Assembly: GCA_025358765.1 (NCBI GenBank)
Contig: JANYIG010000168.1
Location: forward strand, 325-64,324
DNA: 64,000 nucleotides
From: Candidatus Kapaibacterium sp.
GTDB lineage: Bacteria; Bacteroidota; Ignavibacteria; Kapaibacteriales; UBA4661
Direction of reading: 5' to 3'
The position numbers and the translations under genes are program-made. The notes beneath the pieces are model-generated. The model was not told the DNA's origin. It saw only the letters and a program-made list of their open reading frames with translations, and did not search any database. Shown here one piece after another: positions 49,287-59,384 of the stretch (position 1 is the stretch's first letter; every line of letters begins with the position of its first letter).

Positions 49287-49339
49287 TATGACTTTTGGAC
49301 ACATGTTTTGCCGAACGAGAATGTGCATTTTTGTAGTAG
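49287..49339 (+). promoter_or_regulatory. conserved upstream element family, copy 3 (CACAT-N16-ATGTG)
   Basis: TATGACTTTTGG-ACACATGTTTTGCCGAACGAGAATGTGCATTTTTGTAGTAG. Confidence 0.5.
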
Positions 49340-49639
49340 AAAATAGTTCAAAAGTACGGAAATACATTGTTCTTAAAGAAAAACGACACATAGGGGAGAA
49401 AACACTATTTTTTCAGGCGACGATGGGGGAGCGCTTGAAGCACCAAAAGCTTCGTAGCACGTAAAACTGTTATTATGCTATTGGTGTAACGTTGATGGGA
49501 AGCCTCGCAAGCATGAGCTTGTGGGGCTTTTTTATGTCCTATTTTTATGGGACACGTGAGTATGTTTTTGGTCGTTTGTACGGAGGTGTGTATGTTATAT
49601 GATAGGCTTCGCAGTATGGTCATTGTATGGAGGTGTTGA

Positions 49640-50257
49640 ATGATACGTGAAGTATTCAGTAGGATCATAATACCGTTTTTAATACTCGTGTTAGTGCAAA
49701 CAAGCCTTGTTGCTCAAACATATATTGTTACTGGTAGAATCGTCTATTCAACTACCCCCACTATTGGCGTGGCGAATATCCCCGTCAGGAATACACAAAC
49801 GGGTCAGGTACTTAACACGGATTCTACAGGGTATTATACCTTTGCAGAAATAAAGAATGGGACGTATTATCTTTACCCCTTACAGCCAGGATTAGAGTTT
49901 GAGCCACTTGTACGTACGCTCAAGGTCAATGATGAAGATATTGCCCTGCCAGATTTTAAAGCTGAAGCAGCTACCTACAGCATTCATGGGAAAATCAGTT
50001 ATGAAAAAAGCCCATCTATTGGCGTACCGGGTGTGACAGTGTGGGCGGGTGAAGGTTTGGAAGCTGTAACGGATGAAACGGGCTTTTTCCGTATCAAAAA
50101 CCTTCGCCATGCCACTACATATGTCATTGTTCCTACCGTGCCAGATATGGACACAAAAAATATCAAATTTTTTCCTACAAAAGTTTCCATCATTATTACT
50201 GGCGCAATCATGCGCCAGAATTTCAGCATTCTTGGCGTTCAACCCGAGGAGAGATAA
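49640..50257 (+). CDS. secreted protein with tandem CarboxypepD_reg-like (transthyretin-like) domains; paralog of 53900..54592
   Basis: Signal peptide. Two repeats of the G-x-V...G...V-x-N...T-D-x-x-G-Y-Y-x-F...G-x-Y pattern. Confidence 0.55.
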   Translation: MIREVFSRIIIPFLILVLVQTSLVAQTYIVTGRIVYSTTPTIGVANIPVRNTQTGQVLNTDSTGYYTFAEIKNGTYYLYPLQPGLEFEPLVRTLKVNDEDIALPDFKAEAATYSIHGKISYEKSPSIGVPGVTVWAGEGLEAVTDETGFFRIKNLRHATTYVIVPTVPDMDTKNIKFFPTKVSIIITGAIMRQNFSILGVQPEER

Positions 50258-50554
50258 AAAATGGGAGCGGCTTAATTCGTGACTTCTCGGCATACGAATT
50301 CGTGTCTTTGCAGCATACGGGAATCGTTGGAAATTTTGCGAAATTTGTACAATAAGAGCCTTACCATCCCCACAATATAGGATGATTGTTTTGAAATCGT
50401 TTTTATAGCCTACAGAAAAAACGATTGCTTTCAGGAAAATCCTCGCACAGTAGCGTTACAGATGGCATATTTGTACGTACACGCACGAAAAATATTTTTT
50501 TAGCCAAATTGTAATCTTTGTTTAAACTCGTTACACTAAAGGGAGGGTAACGTT

Positions 50555-52720
50555 ATGTACTCTAATCCAGAAGAATCTACACACAACACCGAACGAGTTC
50601 ATCAAACGCAACTTCAAGATTCTGCGTTTACGGATACGTTTATCCCCAATAATAAATACGTCAAAAATGTCGCCAAAGGCGTTGCTAATACTGCCAGCAC
50701 CGTTACGACACTTGCTGCAAAACTCACATTTCTCGACCGACTGCAAAATCTAAGCCTCCGCACTCAAATCCTTTCCGGCGCTGGTATTTCCTTACTTTTG
50801 TTGGTTGTGATCACAACGATTACCTTTTTCAGCATTGGAAAGCTCATCCGCACTTTACAGGTGATTAAACAGCAAAGCACCGTCGTGGCTTCATCGCATG
50901 AATTGGAACGGTTGCTGTCGGATATGGAAAGCTCTCTGCGCGGGTTTGCACTCTCTGGTGGCAATGAGTTTTTAACATCGTATCGCCGCTCGAATGCTGA
51001 TTTCGACGAAAAACTTTCCATAATTACAGGTGTGTTGAGCGATAGTCCGCAACAACGCAAACGTTTAGACGAACTCCGAAGCCAGAAGATTACATGGGTG
51101 AAAACCATTGCAGAACCAGCGATTGCGCTTCAACAGGAGATTGTTTCTGGTGTGAAAACAACAGCAGATATGGCTGCGCTGGTGCAACAAGGAAGGGAGC
51201 AGTCGGATACAATGCGGCGTTTAGGAGCAGAAATTATTGCTTACGAAGAAGCACTCAATTCTGAAGAAGCCTCTGCCGCCAGCATCGTTGCTATTGCTGC
51301 ACAAAGTTCAACGGTCACGTTTACAATTATTGCGGTTGGCATTGGGCTGTTTGTGCTTTCCATCATTGCAAAAAATATTTCCGTACCTATCCGCGACATT
51401 GCTAAGGCAACGATGGATGTTGTGCGTGGGAATCTGAACGCCAGCGTAGATATTCGGTTCAAGAATGAAATCGGTGTATTGGCGCGGAATTTTAACCTGA
51501 TGGTGGCGCGGATAGGGCAATCGGTGGAGGATTTACAAGCAGAAAAAGTAAGTGTGGAGAGCAAAGTACATGAAGCTGTGCGAGATGCCGAGACGCAGCG
51601 TGAGTATTTATCCAAAAGCGTTGATGTAATGCTCATAGCGATAGAAAAATTTGCCGATGGAGATTTGACTGTAAAGTTGGACATTGAAAATAGTGACGCT
51701 ATCGGAAGACTGTACGAGGGTTTTAATCGTGCTGTGGGAACCATTCGTGAGATGATTCACCATCTGGCTCAAGCTGTGGAAACAGCAGCAGAAGCAGCCA
51801 CCTATATCAGCACTGCTGCGGAAGAGCTTTCTGCCGGAGCGGTACAGCAGGCATCGCAAGCGCAAGAAGTGGCAATTGATGTAGAACAAATGACCACTTC
51901 GATAATTGATAATTCCCGTCAAGCCTCATCTTCCAACGATGTAGCGCAAGCCAGCGGGATAGTTGCACAGGACGGCAGTAACGTTGTGATGCAAACGGTC
52001 GAGAAAATTGAGCGTATTGCCACAGTCGTCAAACGTTCAACAGAAACGGTGGAGCAGCTTGGTGTATCGAGTGCGGATATTGGAGTAATTGTCGCAGAAA
52101 TTAGCAAAATTGCTGACCAAACAAATCTTCTTGCCTTGAATGCCGCCATTGAAGCCGCTCGTGCCGGTGCACAAGGCAGGGGTTTTGCTGTTGTCGCCGA
52201 TGAAGTCGGGAAACTTGCCGAACGAACAGCTCGTGCGACAAAAGAAATAGAAATCATCGTCAAGAAAATTCAAGGTGAGACCAAAAATGCCGTGAAAGCA
52301 ATGAATCTTGGCAATAGCGAGGTTGCAAGTGGGATTGCGCTTGCTCACGAAGCAAATAATTCGTTAGAAAAAATTGTACAAAGTTCGTTGGAAGTTACGA
52401 CGATGATTAATAGTATAGCGCTTGCAAGCGAACGGCAAGCTGCTACAAGCAAGCATATATCGCAAAGTATTGAGATGATGTCCGTCGTGACAACTCAATC
52501 GGCACAAGGTGTAACGGAAATCGCACAATCGGCTACAAACCTTAATGACCTCACGCAGCGTTTGAACGAGCTTATTGGGCGCTTTCGCTTGGAATTGAGT
52601 ACTAATCCCTCAGGAAAATCTCTTACTTCGCACACCACGCGACATCGCGCAAGCCATAGCGCCTTACAAAAGAAGGCTGGGTTTGCTGACAAATTACATG
52701 GCAACATTGCCAAAATGTAA
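50555..52720 (+). CDS. methyl-accepting chemotaxis protein (two TM, HAMP, MCP signalling domain)
   Basis: Highly conserved MCP tip [47 protein letters not shown] 8 bp upstream. Confidence 0.9.
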   Translation: MYSNPEESTHNTERVHQTQLQDSAFTDTFIPNNKYVKNVAKGVANTASTVTTLAAKLTFLDRLQNLSLRTQILSGAGISLLLLVVITTITFFSIGKLIRTLQVIKQQSTVVASSHELERLLSDMESSLRGFALSGGNEFLTSYRRSNADFDEKLSIITGVLSDSPQQRKRLDELRSQKITWVKTIAEPAIALQQEIVSGVKTTADMAALVQQGREQSDTMRRLGAEIIAYEEALNSEEASAASIVAIAAQSSTVTFTIIAVGIGLFVLSIIAKNISVPIRDIAKATMDVVRGNLNASVDIRFKNEIGVLARNFNLMVARIGQSVEDLQAEKVSVESKVHEAVRDAETQREYLSKSVDVMLIAIEKFADGDLTVKLDIENSDAIGRLYEGFNRAVGTIREMIHHLAQAVETAAEAATYISTAAEELSAGAVQQASQAQEVAIDVEQMTTSIIDNSRQASSSNDVAQASGIVAQDGSNVVMQTVEKIERIATVVKRSTETVEQLGVSSADIGVIVAEISKIADQTNLLALNAAIEAARAGAQGRGFAVVADEVGKLAERTARATKEIEIIVKKIQGETKNAVKAMNLGNSEVASGIALAHEANNSLEKIVQSSLEVTTMINSIALASERQAATSKHISQSIEMMSVVTTQSAQGVTEIAQSATNLNDLTQRLNELIGRFRLELSTNPSGKSLTSHTTRHRASHSALQKKAGFADKLHGNIAKM

Positions 52721-52797
52721 CATAAGGCATTACATACCCGTAAACTGTGGTTTGTAATTTCGTGCTGAAATTAAGTTTATTTATTGATAAGGATGCT

Positions 52798-53622
52798 ATG
52801 AAAAACGAAGAGGTTTTTGAACAGGGGGGTGGAAAACAAGAAGGCACAATGCGTTCATCACCGCAAATTACTACCAATACAGCGAGCGTGGGCGTTCTTG
52901 AGCCATCCGTATATGGAGCGGCAGAGCTTAAAGTGTATATTAGTACAGCAACAATGAGAGGGTTCGGTATTACTGTTGCCGGTGCAATGCTTATCTTGTT
53001 ACTGTACACCGTGTTTATTGCTGCTAACAACGCAACAGCTGCACGAAACCTTGTTATCAACAAGATGAAACTTTCACAATTGCCACCCCCACCAACCACG
53101 AACGAAACTCCGCCACCCCCGCCACCTACAATAACGGCAGGACCTGCCGCGCGTGCCGGTACACCTGTTCCGGTGCCTGATGCTCTTGTGACACCCGATA
53201 TGAAGGATTTTGCAAATATTGATGATGTATCTCGCGCAAGCACTACTGGTGGCGATGGTCAGGATCAAGGTTTTTTAGGGCTGGCAAAGGACGTAGAAGT
53301 AGAAGTTCGTGAGGAAGAACCCAACGCATATGATTTTGTTAGTGTTGAGAAAGAACCGTATGTCGATATTTCAGAAATCCAGAAGAAAGTTATCTATCCT
53401 GAACTTGCTCGCCGAGCGGGGATTGAAGGGAAAGTAAGCATTCGTGTACTCATTGGTAAAAACGGAAAACCGAAAAAATTTATTGTTGAATCCTCGGACT
53501 CCGAACTTCTCAATAATGCTGCGACCACAGCCGTTATGGCTACGGCATTCACACCTGCGATTCTTGCAAATCAGCCAATAGATTGCTGGGTCAGTATTCC
53601 CGTTGTCTTTCGTATGAAATAG
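52798..53622 (+). CDS. TonB-family energy transducer (Pro-rich linker plus TonB C-terminal domain)
   Basis: TM anchor, PPPPTTNETPPPPPPT linker, and a C-terminus ...YPELARRAGIEGKVSIRVLIGKNGKP... Confidence 0.65.
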   Translation: MKNEEVFEQGGGKQEGTMRSSPQITTNTASVGVLEPSVYGAAELKVYISTATMRGFGITVAGAMLILLLYTVFIAANNATAARNLVINKMKLSQLPPPPTTNETPPPPPPTITAGPAARAGTPVPVPDALVTPDMKDFANIDDVSRASTTGGDGQDQGFLGLAKDVEVEVREEEPNAYDFVSVEKEPYVDISEIQKKVIYPELARRAGIEGKVSIRVLIGKNGKPKKFIVESSDSELLNNAATTAVMATAFTPAILANQPIDCWVSIPVVFRMK

Positions 53623-53796
53623 ACAAAGCCATATTACAGTCGTTGAACGATACGAAAAAATACAACCCCTTGCAGGTATTACCGATGGTAACTTGCAGGG
53701 GTTTTTCTTGTTCCTTTCGGAGAAAGGCGTGACTTTCGGATATAGTTATTTGTGACCGTAAGAGCTATGGAATTGTGACTCCCAAGACCACGATAA

Positions 53797-53842
53797 AGTG
53801 GCTTTCCGCCACATGTTTGGCGCGTAAGGAATGTGCATTTTA
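53797..53842 (+). promoter_or_regulatory. conserved upstream element family, copy 4 (CACAT-N16-ATGTG)
   Basis: AGTGGCTTTCCGCCACATGTTTGGCGCGTAAGGAATGTGCATTTTA, about 60 bp upstream of the ATG at 53900. Confidence 0.5.
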
Positions 53843-53899
53843 CATTACGATTCGTTAAGGATGGTTAATGTTTCATCATTCTCAAAAAGGGAGTACAAT

Positions 53900-54592
53900 A
53901 TGCGCTACGTATTCATGTTTTTCGCCATGGTTCTCATTTTCTGCGTAGGAGAAATGCTCAATCTCGGCAATAATCTACTTGCACAACAATCGTCACAAAC
54001 TACCGTTTTTGGGCGTATTGTTTCAGCCGCAGATACAACTATGGGTATGGCAAACGTTGCGGTTACTATAACGCAAGACGCACGTACGGTGAGGACGGAT
54101 GCACAGGGATATTATTCGTTTGCAAATGTGCCGGAAGGGCGATATTATGTTTTTCCACTCCAATCTGGAACACGCTTTGAGCATATAGTCACAACTATTA
54201 TTGTCACTAACACCTCAAATACAATTCACGTTTCACCGTTTAAAGGAACAGCCTTGCAACCTTCTATTTACGGCAGCGTCGTCACGGCGACCTATCCGCC
54301 CAAAGGCGTAGAAAATGTAGAAATTTCGATTGGGGATAGCTTGATTGCACGAACGGATGTGAATGGACATTTTTGTATTCCCAACCTACGCTACCAACAA
54401 CGTTACACGCTCGTACCAAGAATAACAGGAGGAGTATTTCTTCCCGCGAAGCGTACGATCACCGTTACGGGGCATGATAAAGTAGTGAAATTTGCTGTGG
54501 AAGTTCTGCCGTCAGCGTTACCTATTGTTCAAAAACTTTTTGTCGAGCCACTTGAAGTAAACAAAAGTTTGATGGTGATGCTTGTTCGATGA
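53900..54592 (+). CDS. secreted protein with tandem CarboxypepD_reg-like domains; paralog of 49640..50257
   Basis: Signal peptide MRYVFMFFAMVLIFC. Residues ...GRIVSAADTTMGMANVAVTI...TDAQGYYSFANVPEGRYYVFPLQ parallel the 49640 product. Confidence 0.55.
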   Translation: MRYVFMFFAMVLIFCVGEMLNLGNNLLAQQSSQTTVFGRIVSAADTTMGMANVAVTITQDARTVRTDAQGYYSFANVPEGRYYVFPLQSGTRFEHIVTTIIVTNTSNTIHVSPFKGTALQPSIYGSVVTATYPPKGVENVEISIGDSLIARTDVNGHFCIPNLRYQQRYTLVPRITGGVFLPAKRTITVTGHDKVVKFAVEVLPSALPIVQKLFVEPLEVNKSLMVMLVR

Positions 54593-54618
54593 AATAGGTA
54601 CGAAAAGTATGCATCATT

Positions 54619-55113
54619 TTATCTCATCTGCCCAGCAAGTGCAAAAATAGAAAAAAGGTGATGTGCTTCGTGAAGCAGGAAAAATTCTACCCACCGTTCA
54701 ATAGACATCGCGCCAAATCGTTGATGGGTGCCTGTGAGGGAGAGTTCTTCGTTTTTTAGGCTGGTGATCAATGCTACAAGCTCACGGCGCAATTCTTTAA
54801 TTGCTTCAAGGTTTTTTGTGATGTCGTAGCTAACCCAGAGGAGAAATTCAGGCTCATCATCAGCACGATACGGAGCAAATGTTGGACTATTTTCGGTAAG
54901 TATGTGCTGCAAACGCTCCCAAAAAATTTCTTGATACCGACCTAAATGAGCGACTTGCTCATGAATGCTCCACTTGTCAGGAATGACGCGCCGCTTGATG
55001 CTCTCTTCCGGCAGACCCGACAGCAAATATTCTATAGTTTCGTGCTGCGTTTTTAGGCGTTCCATGGTTGAAGGTCGCATTACATTATCCTTCGTTAATA
55101 AGTCAATAGTCAT
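54619..55113 (-). CDS. DinB_2/YfiT-like metal-dependent four-helix-bundle protein
   Basis: WSIHEQVAHL...EFFLLHEAHHL His-rich motifs typical of the DinB/YfiT superfamily. Confidence 0.55.
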   Translation of the reverse strand: MTIDLLTKDNVMRPSTMERLKTQHETIEYLLSGLPEESIKRRVIPDKWSIHEQVAHLGRYQEIFWERLQHILTENSPTFAPYRADDEPEFLLWVSYDITKNLEAIKELRRELVALITSLKNEELSLTGTHQRFGAMSIERWVEFFLLHEAHHLFSIFALAGQMR

Positions 55114-55169
55114 TGGTCAGAACCCTTTCGTTTGTTGGATATTGGTTGTTGGTACGTAAAAATAATGAA

Positions 55170-58100
55170 CTATTTCAAACGAACACCCATCACGAGAATG
55201 TCGTCAATCTGTCTGTGGCTGCTCCCTTTCCATGCTTCCATTGTATCATCTAAAATCTTCCGTTGCTCACTCATTGGCAATGTATGGATTTGCACAAGCA
55301 GCTCTCTGAAACGTCGGGACATAAATTTCCTGCCTTCGTCGCCACCAAATTGATCTTGGTAGCCATCGGAGAAAATATATAACATAGTAGGGGTATTAAA
55401 ATCAATCTGATGTTTTGTGAAAATGCGTTCTTTACCTTTAGTCTGCCCACCAATAGGCTGTCTGTCGGCTTTGATTTCATTCAGTTCACCATTCTGTATA
55501 AAATAAAGCGGGTTCATTGCGCCGGCATACTCAACGATGCGCTGACGAATATCAATCACACAAATAGCAACGTCCATACCATCACGACTATCACCTTCCT
55601 CCTGCTTGAGTGCGCGTTGGATACCCAAATGCAGGTTATTCAAAATATGGTCGGGTTCCCAAACATTTTGCTCAATCACAATTTGTGATAAAAGCGAATT
55701 GCCAATCATACTCATAAACGCCCCAGGAACACCGTGTCCTGTACAATCTGCCACAGCCATCACGATTTTATCGCCATGTTCTACAAACCAGTAAAAATCA
55801 CCGCTTACAATATCACGTGGTTTGAACAGCACAAAATATTCGGACAATGCTCGGCTAATGCGTTCGTGGTACGGCAGCATGGCATCTTGAATACGTTTTG
55901 CGTATCGAATGCTACTTTCAATATTATCCAGCAATTTCTGTAACTGATCGTTGGAAGCTGTGATGAGAATATTCTTTTGTTGAAGTTCCGTATTGGCAAG
56001 TTCAATATCGCGTGCTTGTTCTTCCAAAATTTCTTTTTGATGGCTGATTTCGGCAGTTTGTTCGTCCACCATTTTTTTGAGTAAAATATTCCGTTTGCGG
56101 ATAGCATTGAGGCGATAGAGAACAAACCCATAACCAGCAGCCAACACAGCAAAACCACAGAGCATTAAAAACCACCACGTTTCCCAGAAAAATTGCTCCA
56201 GATAAAAACTATAGGCCGCACCAGATTCGTTCCAAACGCCGTCATTGTTCGAGGCAATCACGCGGAATTTGTATTGTTTGCCGCGCGGTAGGTTCGTGTA
56301 ATATGCTTGGCGGCGATTGTCCGCATCTGTCCATGTTTTGTCGTATCCTTCAAGCATATATCGGAACTTCACGCGCTCTGGCATTAGGAGGCTCGTAGCG
56401 GTATAATGAAAAATAAATTTATCCACGCCCGGGGAGAGATTTATGCTCGATATCGAATCCGCTTTAAGATACGATTCTATCGGTTTTGTGTTTTCTTCGC
56501 CCTCCTCTGCCCATGCCGCAATGCCGCCGACACGCTTGCTATCAGCAAAAACTTTTTCCACGAGAACTGTTGGCGGAAGGGGGTTGTACGGTATTGTGAC
56601 TGGCTCGACCACGCTTGCACCGCGGTTGGTCGGATACCAAAGACTACCTGATTTTGTTCGCCAAACAGATGGCTGTGAGCCGCTTGCACACTCAAGACTT
56701 CGCAAGCCATCGGTAACACCATAAGAAAGGCTGACGACGTGTTTCGCTGTTTTATTGAGAACGTCCTCAACCTCAGATTTTTTTACACGAAATACGCCTT
56801 TGCTACAACTCATCCATAGCCAACCGGCAGCATCCTCCGTTATCGAAAAAAGAGCATCATCGAATAAACCATCACGTTTGGTGCAAGATGTAAACTTACC
56901 GTCTTTCAGTCGGTTCAAGCCACCACTTGTACCAACCCATAAAACGCCATTCATGTCTTCGTACAGCGACCATATATAATTGCCCGCCAAGCCGTCTTTG
57001 ATGGTATACGTTGTGAATTTCCCATCCTTAAAAGCCGATAAGCCACTGCCGCGTGTACCAAGCCACAGCGTCCCGCCACGGTCAACGAGCAATGCGCGGA
57101 TATTTTCGTTTGGCAATCCGTCGGCGATATGATATTGCTTGATTTGACCATATTTGATGCGATTTAAGCCACTATTTGTACCCACCCAAATGGAACTATC
57201 AGCCGCTTCTGCAATCGCCAGAACCGCATCGTTGCTCAATCCTGTTTCAGTGGAATATGTCGTAAATGCGTTGTTTTGTAGGTTCATTTTTGCTAACCCG
57301 CCGCGCGTCCCTACCCAGAGCGCACCAGAGCGGTCTGCTAAAAGAGCATTTACGATATTATTCGGTAAACCATTGTGCAGCGAGAAAGCAGTAAACGCAC
57401 CATGAACGTCCATGCGATTAAGTCCGGCATTAGTGCCGAACCACATATTTCCAGCATTGTCTTCCGTGACGGATAGAACGCTGTTGTTCGACAAGCCTTG
57501 TTTTGTGCCGAAGGTGCTGAACCGCCGATCTTTCAGACGGGTAATGCCGCCACCATCCGTGCCTATCCATAATGCTCCTTCGTAATCTTCCAACAGGCAC
57601 GATGCTTCATCAGCGGAGAGACCATTTTTTGTTGTAAGCGCCGTGAAAGTTGCAGATATTCCGCCTTGTGGATTTGGCGTATAACGATTCACACCGCCGC
57701 CGTTGGTAGCAATCCAAATCGTCCCTTCTCGGTCTTGAATAATATCACGAATATCTTCGCTTGCCAATCCATGTTGTTTTGAGAATTGTCCAACCACACC
57801 ACCCGACTTGAGAGTATTTAAGCCTTCACTTGTCCCAATCCATACCACGCCATCGCGGGCAACCATCAGCGTACGAATATCTGCGCCAGCGATTGGGTCG
57901 CCGTTTGAGTATGAATCAAGGTTGTTATTGTCTAACACGTAGCCTGTAATACGCCCACCTTTGATGTAATTCAGACCGCCGCCACTTGTTCCCACCCACA
58001 GCGCTCCCGTTGGTTCTTGGGCAATAGAGAGAACATCGTCTCGCGTTAAGCCTTCTTTTGTTGTAAAGGCAGTGAATTTCCCATCTTTCCTGTATGCCAG

Positions 58101-58592
58101 ACCATTGCTTGTTCCCACCCACAGCACGCCGAATTTATCCACGACAAGCGACGAAATATACTCGCTTGGAAGCCCTTCTTTCATGGTAAGCGTACCAAAA
58201 ATACCGTTTTTAATAAAACTTAACCCACCCCCGTTCGTACCAATCCAAAGCGTTCCGTCTGTATCTTGCGCCATTGCGGTGATGTGATTGTTTTTGAACG
58301 TTGTATTCGAGCGGTCGAATGTCGTAAAGCGTATCCCGTCAAAACGAATCAAACCCTCTTGCGTTCCAAGCCAAAGATAACCGTCGCGTGATTGGAAGAG
58401 TGCCGTGATATAACTCTGGTATAATCCCTGTTCATTTTGCCACGATTCGTGGATGTATTGGGTGATTGCTTTATTGGGATTCAAACCCCGTGCTTGTGTG
58501 GTGGTGGACGGCTGTGCATAAACAACAATGTGTGAACATGCGACAACAAGAACGCAACAAAGCTGAAGAAATGAATAAACAAAGTGAGTCAT
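55170..58592 (-). CDS. periplasmic beta-propeller (two-component regulator propeller repeats plus Y_Y_Y) sensor fused via a TM helix to a PP2C/SpoIIE-type Ser/Thr phosphatase
   Basis: More than ten repeats of the form GL..N.V.ALL.D..G.LW.GT..GL; TM helix WWFLMLCGFAVLAAGYGFVLY; coiled coil; PP2C core SGDFYWF...AVADCTGHGVPGAFMSM...DGYQDQ. Confidence 0.75.
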   Translation of the reverse strand: MTHFVYSFLQLCCVLVVACSHIVVYAQPSTTTQARGLNPNKAITQYIHESWQNEQGLYQSYITALFQSRDGYLWLGTQEGLIRFDGIRFTTFDRSNTTFKNNHITAMAQDTDGTLWIGTNGGGLSFIKNGIFGTLTMKEGLPSEYISSLVVDKFGVLWVGTSNGLAYRKDGKFTAFTTKEGLTRDDVLSIAQEPTGALWVGTSGGGLNYIKGGRITGYVLDNNNLDSYSNGDPIAGADIRTLMVARDGVVWIGTSEGLNTLKSGGVVGQFSKQHGLASEDIRDIIQDREGTIWIATNGGGVNRYTPNPQGGISATFTALTTKNGLSADEASCLLEDYEGALWIGTDGGGITRLKDRRFSTFGTKQGLSNNSVLSVTEDNAGNMWFGTNAGLNRMDVHGAFTAFSLHNGLPNNIVNALLADRSGALWVGTRGGLAKMNLQNNAFTTYSTETGLSNDAVLAIAEAADSSIWVGTNSGLNRIKYGQIKQYHIADGLPNENIRALLVDRGGTLWLGTRGSGLSAFKDGKFTTYTIKDGLAGNYIWSLYEDMNGVLWVGTSGGLNRLKDGKFTSCTKRDGLFDDALFSITEDAAGWLWMSCSKGVFRVKKSEVEDVLNKTAKHVVSLSYGVTDGLRSLECASGSQPSVWRTKSGSLWYPTNRGASVVEPVTIPYNPLPPTVLVEKVFADSKRVGGIAAWAEEGEENTKPIESYLKADSISSINLSPGVDKFIFHYTATSLLMPERVKFRYMLEGYDKTWTDADNRRQAYYTNLPRGKQYKFRVIASNNDGVWNESGAAYSFYLEQFFWETWWFLMLCGFAVLAAGYGFVLYRLNAIRKRNILLKKMVDEQTAEISHQKEILEEQARDIELANTELQQKNILITASNDQLQKLLDNIESSIRYAKRIQDAMLPYHERISRALSEYFVLFKPRDIVSGDFYWFVEHGDKIVMAVADCTGHGVPGAFMSMIGNSLLSQIVIEQNVWEPDHILNNLHLGIQRALKQEEGDSRDGMDVAICVIDIRQRIVEYAGAMNPLYFIQNGELNEIKADRQPIGGQTKGKERIFTKHQIDFNTPTMLYIFSDGYQDQFGGDEGRKFMSRRFRELLVQIHTLPMSEQRKILDDTMEAWKGSSHRQIDDILVMGVRLK

Positions 58593-58880
58593 AAAACCTT
58601 GGGAATTGAGCAATGAAGAAGGTGTGTTTACAAGGGTAGTAGTACTCCAAGAGTCTAAATAGACCGTAATGCTTTTGACGGAACATAATAACAATAAATT
58701 GCAACAAAAGTTTTGTTCGGCGAAAGGAAAAGTGCGGTTTGTGTCTCAAATACGACCTATAACCGTCTAAAGAGAAAATGGTAGAAACACTCAATAATGG
58801 AACAGATGAGGAAAAAATCCCGTACTTTTGTACAAAAGCCATTCTAAAGCATCAATACTTGAAAACTTTCTTGAGGATTT

Positions 58881-59352
58881 TATGTTGTGGTTAGAAATCG
58901 TGTTGTTTAGCGCGGCGGCGCTTGCTGGTATCATTTATGTGGGTGGTCGTCTGTCAACAAATTCGGGTAAGAGGGCTTCGGAATTTATTCAAACCGCAGA
59001 GCAAAAGTATTCATCGGCGATTGAGCAACAACTGTCGCTGTTGGCTATGAACGATGAACAGCCAAACGTGGAGCAGATTATTGCCGACACGTTTGTTATG
59101 CTCAAACCCGAAATAGACGGCTTGCTGGCGTATATCAACTCCGTGAACTACAGCGACGTAAAAATTAGCTATCAAGCACATTTTTTCAAAAATGCCGCGA
59201 TGCTGGCAGAATCCTATTTCACGTGGCGGCACAATAATGGAAAGTTGATGTTGACAAACGGCGACGACGAAAAAATGTACACGTTGTTCAAAGACGCTAT
59301 GAAAGCGGACATCCAACAACGGCTTTTGAGTTTGAAGCTGGGGCGTTTGTGA
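58881..59352 (+). CDS. hypothetical membrane-anchored protein
   Basis: N-terminal TM helix (IVLFSAAALAGIIYVGG); no recognised domain. Confidence 0.35.
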
Positions 59353-59384
59353 TTGTTGATATGTCAACTATTGTGCGTTGAGCA

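Noticed and set aside
58593-58694. N-terminal extension of the propeller-PP2C ORF (MLLCSVKSITVYLDSWSTT...).
   Set aside because: The internal Met (MTHFVYSFLQLCCVLVVACSHIVVYAQ) gives a proper signal peptide.
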